DNA from: an uncultured Celeribacter sp.
Lineage (GTDB): Bacteria > Pseudomonadota > Alphaproteobacteria > Rhodobacterales > Rhodobacteraceae
Reading direction: 5' to 3'
Length of the DNA: 64,000 nucleotides
Assembly (NCBI GenBank): GCA_963676755.2
Contig: OY781536.2
Span: forward strand, 261,640 to 325,639
In this document: piece by piece, positions 9,052 through 16,335 of the stretch
Layout: each line of letters opens with the position of its first letter
Position numbering within the stretch: position 1 is the first letter of the stretch
Notes under the pieces: generated by a model
The model's input: only the letters and a program-made list of their open reading frames with translations
What the model was told of the DNA's origin: nothing
Database searches by the model: none
Translations under genes and position numbers: made by a program

Positions 9052-10715
9052 GCAAGATCGATCCAATTCGCCTCGAAGTCATGAAGAATGCTTTTGACGC
9101 AATCGCAGATGAGATGGCGCTCATGTTGATGCGTGCTGCATATTCTCCGATCGTTCGGGACAGTATGGACTACTCCACAGCAATCTGTGATGCGCAAGGC
9201 CAGACACTTGCGCAGGGGGTAACGACCCCGATGCATCTGGGAAGTTTCTATGACGCGATGCAGCATCTGATGACGCGTTACGAGGGTGAGATCCATCCGG
9301 GAGACGTTTTTATCGGCAATGACCCTTACGCCGCCGCCGGACAGCATTTGCCCGATATTTATATTGTAGAGCCGATCTTCTTTGAGGGTCGTCTTGTGGC
9401 GTGGACCACGACTCTCGCACACCACGCCGACGTTGGCGGTATTGTGCCCGGATCGAACGCTTTGGGTGCGGTTGAAATCTATCAGGAAGGTCTCCGGCTC
9501 CCGTTCTTGAAGCTTTACAATCAAGGCGAAATGAATGCTGCGATCTGGGAGATCCTCGCGCTGAATGTGCGTGTGCCGGAGATGGTGCAGGGTGATCTTC
9601 GGGCGCAAATGGCGGCTAGCAAGGCTGGCCGGAAGTCCTTTGACGAACTGGTTGCCCGCTATGGCATTGATGAAGTGCTCGCCTGCGCAGAAGAGCTGCA
9701 TGATTACGCTGAGCGCCTTGGGCGCGCCGAAATTCGTGATCTGCCAAATGGGGAATACCATTTCACAGATCATATTGACGGACTGGGGGAGACACCTGAA
9801 CCGATTGTAATTCAAATCGCGCTCACCATTCACGACGATACAATCTCTGTCGATTTCGCCGGCTCTTCGCCGCAGGTTAAGGGAGGTGTCAATACGCCGC
9901 TGCCGTTCACAAAGGCATCGGTCTACACAGCCCTGCGGTCGATTATGCTTTCGGACATTCCGAACTGCCACGGGTTTGAGCGTGTTGTAACCGTCACAGC
10001 GCCCAAGGGAACAGTTGTCAATTCTGTTCATCCGGCTCCCTGCGGTGCGCGGGGGATTACGGGCTACAGAGTCATCGACGGCATGTTCGGCGCATTGGCT
10101 CAGGTCGTGCCTGACAGGGTCACGGCTGATGGTATGGGCGGGTCAACCGTGCCGACCTTTGCCGGCTGGCACGACGGTCAGGCCTTTGTCTTTACAGAAA
10201 CCGTCATGGGAACCTGGGGCGCAAGTTCTGCGCATGACGGGCAGGTTGGTGTGCCGCATATGGGGGCCAATCAGGCCAATGTTCCCATCGAGATGATCGA
10301 GGCATCCTATCCATTACGCGTCAAACGCTACGGGATTGTGCCCGATACGGGAGGAAGCGGACGCTATCGCGGTGGGAATGCATTCATACGGGAATACGAG
10401 TACCTTGGTGAGGAAGAGGGGCTGATGTCTCTGCGATCCGATAAACGCGATTTTCTGCCGCATGGTCTGGAGGGAGGATCCGAGGGAACAGGTCCAGTCA
10501 ATCTTCTGATACAAGATGGCAAAGAGGCCCAGTTGCCAGTTCTCGTGACAGAGCCCTATGCCTTGAAGAAGGGCGATGTTTTCCGTCACATTTCGCCCTC
10601 CGGCGGCGGATTTGGACCTGCCTCTGAAAGGTCTCTAGCAGAGGTGATGGCTGATGTTGAGGCGGGTTTGATTTCTGCGGAAACAGCCATGCGCGACTAT
10701 GGTTTGCCGGTTTGA
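9048..10715 (+). CDS. Hydantoinase B/oxoprolinase family subunit (HyuB-like), copy 2
   Basis: MSKIDPIRLEVMKNAFDAIADEM and NDPYAAAGQHLPD motifs; 555 aa. Its ATG overlaps the preceding stop (ATGA). Confidence 0.9.
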   Translation: MSKIDPIRLEVMKNAFDAIADEMALMLMRAAYSPIVRDSMDYSTAICDAQGQTLAQGVTTPMHLGSFYDAMQHLMTRYEGEIHPGDVFIGNDPYAAAGQHLPDIYIVEPIFFEGRLVAWTTTLAHHADVGGIVPGSNALGAVEIYQEGLRLPFLKLYNQGEMNAAIWEILALNVRVPEMVQGDLRAQMAASKAGRKSFDELVARYGIDEVLACAEELHDYAERLGRAEIRDLPNGEYHFTDHIDGLGETPEPIVIQIALTIHDDTISVDFAGSSPQVKGGVNTPLPFTKASVYTALRSIMLSDIPNCHGFERVVTVTAPKGTVVNSVHPAPCGARGITGYRVIDGMFGALAQVVPDRVTADGMGGSTVPTFAGWHDGQAFVFTETVMGTWGASSAHDGQVGVPHMGANQANVPIEMIEASYPLRVKRYGIVPDTGGSGRYRGGNAFIREYEYLGEEEGLMSLRSDKRDFLPHGLEGGSEGTGPVNLLIQDGKEAQLPVLVTEPYALKKGDVFRHISPSGGGFGPASERSLAEVMADVEAGLISAETAMRDYGLPV

Positions 10716-10724
10716 CCGGCAAAC
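10702..10724 (+). terminator. Hairpin GTTTGCCGG-TTTGA-CCGGCAAAC spanning the hyuB2 stop codon
   Basis: 9-bp perfect stem with the TGA stop inside the loop. No T-tract follows, so it is only a weak intrinsic-terminator candidate. Confidence 0.25.
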
Positions 10725-11333
10725 TGAAGCTGGTCGGTGGGATTGATCACAATGAAACGTATCGGCTTTACCGGTGACCTATAGATTCGACTATTTTACA
10801 ATCGTTGTCATTTGTCCTTAAATCGAAATTTATGTTTCCGCATATCGCTGCCTTCCACGCGACGTTCACTACTCCAACGATTTTAGTGGCGGAAACGGAT
10901 ATGCATCGGAACATGATTATTGCCGCAATTTCTGCGCACGGTGTGAGGCCATTTTGGCCCGACGGGCTGGAGGTCGGTCCGGTTTATCTGCGTGAAGATA
11001 TACAGCCTGTTTTGCGCGCGCTTTTGGGCAGATCGTGATACGGTAGGGGGGAGGCTACGCGGATATCTGAAAACAAACAATGAAATCAAATATTTACTAT
11101 TTATCAGGAGGTTTTGCACAAAGCCGTTGACAGGGGGTGTGCATGAAAGCCGCCAATTCGTGCAAACTTATGCCTAATTGGCAGCGAAGCAACCCTTTTA
11201 GAAACGGGATCGTCGAGCAAGAGTAGAAGGGAGCCCGAAAACTGTTCCAGCAGGGATTAGTTCAAAAACCCGACTTTTGTCGTAAAGACGTAATTCCCAT
11301 GTCTGACGACAATTGGTACAACTACACGAAAAA

Positions 11334-11411
11334 TGGCGAGCCGTGGAGGACTCGAACCCCCGACCTGAGAATTAGAAGTTCCCTGCTCTAATCCAGCTGA
11401 GCTAACGGCCC
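11334..11411 (-). tRNA. tRNA-Arg (anticodon UCU)
   Basis: The reverse complement folds as a cloverleaf. Acceptor stem is GGGCCGT/ACGGCTC, D-arm is GCTC..GAGC, and the anticodon stem GGGAA/TTCTC carries loop CTTCTAA. The anticodon TCT lies at 11376-11374. The T-arm is GGGGG-TTCGAGT-CCTCC, the discriminator is G, and CCA is encoded. Confidence 0.9.
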
Positions 11412-11569
11412 GCACTTGTGGTGGCTGTATCTGTCAAATTCCCTATCCTTGTCAACTTCGTAGTCTTTCGCGATGCAGGCTTCGTGAATTTTCTTTTGAT
11501 AATGGGTGTTGCATAGCCTCTTAACGCGGGGAGGCCATGCAATTCGCTGACTACTTCTGCCGTTGGCGG

Positions 11570-12706
11570 TCAGTCCTGACACAGGCAGGGGCAGGAAAAG
11601 AGGGTTCCGTGCCATGCGCCAAGGGCTGTGCGAGTTCCGACGATGAGCCAGATGACTGCAAGAATTCCGATCAGGACATCGGACAGCCCTCCGATCAATG
11701 CGAGATTCAGGTCAGTGCCAAGTTTGACCGTGGCAACCGAGAAGACGCCGAGCGGGAATGTATAGCCCCACCAGCCGAGGTTGAAGGGCAGGCCTTCACG
11801 CAGATAACGCAGAGTAATGAGTGCGGCCATGGAGAGCCACCACAGGCCGTAGCCCCACAGGAGCAGCCCGCCGATCAAGCCGACACCGGTAAAGGTCGCA
11901 CTATATTGCTCCAGTCCTTGCGCACAAAGAATATCCGGAGCGGCATCGCCCAAGGTCATCAGCCCGAGTGCGCCGGTGCCGATGGGGCCGAGTGCCAGCC
12001 AACTGGTCGCCGCCATCGAGGCATGGGGGAGTTTGTGCAGGACAAGCCGGAGCAGGAGTATGACAATCACGCCCATGGCAATCGGCACGGACAACGCCCA
12101 GAGCACATAGGACAGGACCATGACCATCATTTGCATCTGCGGCGCAACAAGATGCGGGGCCAGCAATCCACCGGAGACGGCGGCGACCTCTGCGGCCACC
12201 ATCGGCAGGAGCCAGACGGCAGTCATCTGTTCTACGCTATGACCCTGTCGGGTGAACATCAGGTAGGGGACTGTAATGCCGCAAAGGACAGACAGGCCGA
12301 CGTCAATCCACCAAAGCACCTCTGCAATGCGGACCGCTGTCTCTCCGAGGTGAGCGGTCCCATAGATGAGAAATCCGTTTAGAACCGTGGCAAGCCCCAT
12401 CGGGATGCAGCCGAAGAACATGGAGACAACAGGGTGATTGAACACGCGCATGGCTTCATCAAAGAAAAAGACCCAGCGGGCGATGAGCAGCACGCTGAAC
12501 AGGGTGAAGAGGGCAATGTTGAACAGCCACAAGACCTCACCAAGAGCAAAGAGAGGCGTCTTGGAAAGCGCAATGGAGAGGATGCCCGTGCCCATTGTGG
12601 CGGCAAACCAGTTCGGGGTGAATTGCCGGATCACTTCACGGGGGTGTTGAAGTTGATTGAGAGGGCGACGCGAGTAGACGGCGGTGCGCGTGTTTTGAAA
12701 GGTCAT
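11570..12706 (-). CDS. TDT-family transporter (TehA / Mae1 / sulfite-exporter-like, C4-dicarboxylate or anion channel type)
   Basis: 378 aa with about 10 TM segments. The N-terminal FTPNWFAATMGTGILSIAL is characteristic of the tellurite-resistance/dicarboxylate transporter family. A LysR regulator gene lies divergently. Confidence 0.75.
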   Translation of the reverse strand: MTFQNTRTAVYSRRPLNQLQHPREVIRQFTPNWFAATMGTGILSIALSKTPLFALGEVLWLFNIALFTLFSVLLIARWVFFFDEAMRVFNHPVVSMFFGCIPMGLATVLNGFLIYGTAHLGETAVRIAEVLWWIDVGLSVLCGITVPYLMFTRQGHSVEQMTAVWLLPMVAAEVAAVSGGLLAPHLVAPQMQMMVMVLSYVLWALSVPIAMGVIVILLLRLVLHKLPHASMAATSWLALGPIGTGALGLMTLGDAAPDILCAQGLEQYSATFTGVGLIGGLLLWGYGLWWLSMAALITLRYLREGLPFNLGWWGYTFPLGVFSVATVKLGTDLNLALIGGLSDVLIGILAVIWLIVGTRTALGAWHGTLFSCPCLCQD

Positions 12707-12740
12707 GATGAATCTCCTTGAGGAGGAGATAGCGAAGCTT

Positions 12741-12752
12741 GATTGATCAATC
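12741..12752. promoter_or_regulatory. Perfect 12-bp palindrome GATTGATCAATC, candidate LysR-type binding site
   Basis: It lies in the 116-bp divergent intergenic region between the TDT transporter and the LysR gene. The TGATCAAT core recurs at 12775-12782, 31 bp downstream, which fits a recognition-plus-activation site layout. Confidence 0.35.
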
Positions 12753-12822
12753 TAACGGATTTAAGTTGTCATTATGATCAATATTTTCGATTAATTGGCA
12801 AGGTTTGTAGGCAAGGCAAAGC

Positions 12823-13662
12823 ATGACCCTCGAACAGCTTCGTATTTTCATGGCCGTCGCTGAACGGGAACATATGACCGACGCGGCGCGGGCGCTGAAC
12901 CTAACCCAGTCGGCCACCAGTGCCGCCATCGCCGCGCTGGAAGAGCGTCATGATGTGCGCTTGTTCGACCGTGTCGGGCGCGGTATCGCCTTGACCGCAC
13001 TGGGGCGCGACTTTCTGCCGGAGGCGCGGGCCGTGGTGGCACGGGCCGAGGATGCTGTCGCCTTTCTCGCGGCCTCGGCGGGGTTACAGCGCGGGCAGGT
13101 GCGGCTTGTCGCCAGCCAGACCGTCGCCAACTATTGGCTGCCCCCGCTCATGCAGGGCTTTCACGAAGATTATCCCGGCATCGAGCTGCATTTGAAGATC
13201 ATGAACACCCATGATGCAGGGCAGGCCATCACCGAAGGCGCTGCCGATCTGGGCTTTGTCGAGGACGAGGTCAGCTCGCCCGCCTTTACTCTCTTGTCTG
13301 CGGCAGATGACCAGCTTGTGGTGGTGTCCGCCACGCCGGTCACGGATCTGGCCGCCGCTAAATGGGTGATGCGCGAGCGCGGGTCGGGCACGCGGGCGGT
13401 GCTCGAACAGGCCTTGGACAGGGTCGGTATTGTGCCGGATGTACGGATGGAACTGCCATCCAACGAAGCTGTGCGCGCTGCGGTCACTGCAGGTAGCGGC
13501 GTATCCGCCTTGTCACGACTTGTTGTGGAAGCCCCGCTCGCGGCGGGGCAGTTGGTGGAGATTGATGTCTCGATTCCGCCGCGCCGCTTCTATGCCCTGC
13601 GGCCCGACCAGCGCCATGTCAGCCGCGCGGCGCAGGCATTTCTGGATTATGTGCTGAAATAG
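12823..13662 (+). CDS. LysR-family transcriptional regulator
   Basis: The N-terminal HTH is MTLEQLRIFMAVAEREHMTDAARALNLTQSATSAAIAALEERH. Length is 279 aa with a C-terminal substrate-binding-type domain. Confidence 0.9.
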   Translation: MTLEQLRIFMAVAEREHMTDAARALNLTQSATSAAIAALEERHDVRLFDRVGRGIALTALGRDFLPEARAVVARAEDAVAFLAASAGLQRGQVRLVASQTVANYWLPPLMQGFHEDYPGIELHLKIMNTHDAGQAITEGAADLGFVEDEVSSPAFTLLSAADDQLVVVSATPVTDLAAAKWVMRERGSGTRAVLEQALDRVGIVPDVRMELPSNEAVRAAVTAGSGVSALSRLVVEAPLAAGQLVEIDVSIPPRRFYALRPDQRHVSRAAQAFLDYVLK

Positions 13663-14005
13663 GCATCAAATCCCTGCATCTGTGGAAAAGGGTTTCGCGA
13701 GAAACAGAGACGCAAATTGCGGGAAGCGTCACGCAACATGTTGATGTGGCGGTCTTTCACTATCAATCGGAGTCTCAAAGTCTTCGCAAAATGCGTCAAT
13801 CCTTCGTTGCCTCAAAGAGTTTCTCTCGCTAAGGTTGAATTGACCGTGCGTAAATCTCATAGCAAGTGAATCAATTGCGCGGGTGTGAACTGGTTACACG
13901 TCTCCGCCGGAAGTATCGGCGCTCTGGCCAGTCGTTCAGCAGACTTGAAACCTTAGCCCTTTGTTTTGTCGCCTCCCCCGAACCCCAGCCAAACGGAACC
14001 GAGTA

Positions 14006-14371
14006 ATGAGTGACCCGATGGAAGACCTGCCCTACGAAGACCGTATCGCACATATTCGGCTGCGGTTTGTGGACAGTCTGGGCGAACGGTTCGAGGAAAT
14101 CCGGGCCGCGCTCAAATCCGGACCGGACGAGAACTCGCGTGACAGTCATGTGCGCACGATCCACCGCCTGTTTCATGACATGGCCGGAAGTGCCGCGATG
14201 CTGGAGATCGAGGTGCTGGAAAGTGCCGTGCGTCCGGCGGTGCATATCGCGGAGCGGGTCGACGCGGCGCAAAGCGAGCTGACTGATGACGAGAAACACG
14301 AATTAGACGCGATCATTGAGCAAGCTCAAGCTGTCGCCGTTCAATTGAGAGAGCAATTTAGACCGACATGA
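14006..14371 (+). CDS. Hpt-like histidine phosphotransfer protein (about 121 aa)
   Basis: Small and predicted all-helical. TIHRLFHDMAGSAAMLEIEVL resembles the Hpt H-x-x-K-G-x-A motif, with Lys replaced by Met. I chose the ATG at 14006 (MSDPMEDLP); the ORF-track start is 13961. The stop overlaps the next gene start (ATGA at 14368-14371). Confidence 0.5.
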   Translation: MSDPMEDLPYEDRIAHIRLRFVDSLGERFEEIRAALKSGPDENSRDSHVRTIHRLFHDMAGSAAMLEIEVLESAVRPAVHIAERVDAAQSELTDDEKHELDAIIEQAQAVAVQLREQFRPT

Positions 14372-16329
14372 AACACGTCCTTTTCGCAACCGTCTCGCTC
14401 TGTATTCTGGCCTTGGGTGCACAGGCGCAAACGACTGCCACGCCCCAAAATGAAGGCGCCGCCGCGGCTGCGCCCTTACGCATGGGAAACACCCTGATCC
14501 GCAATATGTCTTTGCGGGATTTGGGATTTCGTGATGGCATTTCCTTCAGCCGCCTGTCTGGCGAAGCGACGGTCTATTTCCCCGTGCTTGAAGAAGCGCC
14601 GCTGCGCGACGGTTTCTTGAGCCTTGATTTCGAACACGGAGCCACCAACGGGGTGGAGCGGTTCTTGCAAGTCCGGATAGGCGACCGCATCGCCGCCTCG
14701 GTCGGCTTGCCGGAGGAAGGCGGTCGGCTTTCCCTGCCTGTTTCGATCCGGCCTGATGATTTGCGCGGCGGTTTCGTGCCTGTGACCCTGACCTATTCCG
14801 GCGGTTTCTCCGAGTTTGTTTGCATTGACGAGCGGGCCTCTGGGGATTTCATCCAGATTTCACCGGACTCGGCGCTGTCCCTGACGCTTGCCTCGGACGA
14901 GATCGACACGCCTTGGGAATTCAACGGGCTGCGTCCGTCGCAGGTCTACGTTCAGATGCCTCAAAGCGACCAGATCGCGAGTTTGGCCGCGGCTGTGCGT
15001 GCGGCAACCCTGTTCGGAGCAGAGCAAGGCGGCGTGCGTTTCGGGACGGAGCCTGTCGACACAAGCGGCTATGTCTGGGAGACCGGCGCGATTGCTTTGG
15101 ATGTGACAACGTCCGGCACGGCCAGCGAGATGGAAGTCGTGGAGCAGGGCGGAAAACCCGTTCTGCATCTGCGCGGCACCGATCCCCAGATCGGGCTGTG
15201 GCAACTCTCCTCCGATTGGGCGGAAGTGGCGGATGCGGCTTCGAGTGTGACGGGTGCCATCTCTGACGGTGCCTTTGATGCGGAGGCTTTGGCGCTGACA
15301 GATTTGGACGCGGATTTGCAAGCGCGGCTCGTGTCGACATCGACACAGTTCCAAGTTCCGTTCCAGTCCACCGATCTTCCGGTCGGGAAAACCGTGTCCG
15401 AAGTTGACCTGATCCTCGCGGCGGGGCTTGATCCCTTTGGTGCAGGTGCGACGGTGTCTGTCTATCTCAATGACAGCCTGCTCGGTTCGCGCCCCTTGGC
15501 AAAGGGGGAGCCGGAACGTGTGAAACTCTCTGTGCCTTCGGGTGTTGTCGGGCGAGATAATCTGCTGCGTATTCTGGTGCAGCGACAGGTTTCTACGACC
15601 GGATGCGGAGGGAAAGCCCCATCCTATCCCGCGCAGGTCTTGCCGGGCAGCAAGCTGATCCTTTCCGAGGCGACTGGCGGGGCCGACCAGTTCTATCAGC
15701 TGCGTCAGGAGTTCGAGAGCGGCGCACAGATTTTTGTCGATCCCGACATGGGGCTGTCGCATAGCGATGTGCTGCCGTGGCTCGGTAATGTGGCGGGCAC
15801 AATGGTTCCTGACCAAGCGACGATCATCCCCCGCAATGCCCTGACGGACATTGAGGCAGGCACGCCCTTTATCATCCTGTCCGACACCAACCCTGGCGAG
15901 GGCGATCCGCTGATCACGGTTGACGGGGGCCGGATCGAAATCCGCGACCGTGCGGGTACTGTGATGTTCGACGGAGACGATTTGGACCGCCTTGGCATTG
16001 TGCAGATCGTGACGCGCAACGGGGCGCATGGCCTTTGGGTCCGTCCGGGGAGCGGCCCTGCGCCAGCGAGCTCTGCGCTGACGCCCTTTGTGCTGGATCG
16101 CGGAGATGTGGCCTTGATCGCGGAGGACGGCGTGATTGTTGCGACCTCTACGCGCGGCAGCTCTCTGATTGACGTGGTCTATCCTGATCGCACCAGTCTG
16201 AAGCAGATTCTCGACCAGTATCGTCCGTGGATTGTGGGCGGGTTGTGGCTGGCCTTGACCCTGATCGTTTTGGCCGCGTTCCAGAGAATTTACCGCCGTC
16301 GCCAGTCTTCCTCTTCAACGGATACATAG
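14368..16329 (+). CDS. BcsB-like periplasmic protein (cellulose-synthase regulatory subunit family) with signal peptide and C-terminal TM anchor
   Basis: Signal peptide MKHVLFATVSLCILALGAQAQ. Two internally similar halves each show a BcsB-type pattern: SLRDLGF..ISF..GEATVYFPV...GFLSLDFEH...FLQVRIGDRIAASVGLP and VSEVDLILAAG...ATVSVYLNDSLLGSRPL. The C-terminal anchor is WIVGGLWLALTLIVLAAFQRIYRRRQ. A GT2 synthase gene follows directly. Confidence 0.55.
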   Translation: MKHVLFATVSLCILALGAQAQTTATPQNEGAAAAAPLRMGNTLIRNMSLRDLGFRDGISFSRLSGEATVYFPVLEEAPLRDGFLSLDFEHGATNGVERFLQVRIGDRIAASVGLPEEGGRLSLPVSIRPDDLRGGFVPVTLTYSGGFSEFVCIDERASGDFIQISPDSALSLTLASDEIDTPWEFNGLRPSQVYVQMPQSDQIASLAAAVRAATLFGAEQGGVRFGTEPVDTSGYVWETGAIALDVTTSGTASEMEVVEQGGKPVLHLRGTDPQIGLWQLSSDWAEVADAASSVTGAISDGAFDAEALALTDLDADLQARLVSTSTQFQVPFQSTDLPVGKTVSEVDLILAAGLDPFGAGATVSVYLNDSLLGSRPLAKGEPERVKLSVPSGVVGRDNLLRILVQRQVSTTGCGGKAPSYPAQVLPGSKLILSEATGGADQFYQLRQEFESGAQIFVDPDMGLSHSDVLPWLGNVAGTMVPDQATIIPRNALTDIEAGTPFIILSDTNPGEGDPLITVDGGRIEIRDRAGTVMFDGDDLDRLGIVQIVTRNGAHGLWVRPGSGPAPASSALTPFVLDRGDVALIAEDGVIVATSTRGSSLIDVVYPDRTSLKQILDQYRPWIVGGLWLALTLIVLAAFQRIYRRRQSSSSTDT

Positions 16330-16335
16330 ACCAAG

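Noticed and set aside
8838-10031. A 397-aa minus-strand ORF antisense to hyuA2/hyuB2. Similar long antisense ORFs occur at 6060-7043, 11537-12382, 14860-16029, 17110-18171, 24029-25678, 30285-32060, 35571-37229, 55070-56635 and 58770-60224.
   Set aside because: These are typical shadow ORFs of high-GC DNA. Their translations are Arg/Pro/Gly/His-rich and low in complexity, with no recognisable motifs. In every case the opposite strand encodes a protein with clear family signatures.
10805-11038. A 77-aa ORF in the AT-rich gap next to tRNA-Arg. I also asked whether the tRNA marks a genomic island.
   Set aside because: The ORF has no RBS, no recognisable domain and atypical composition. There is no integrase, no transposase, and no direct repeat of the tRNA 3' end that I could find by eye, so an island call is unsupported.
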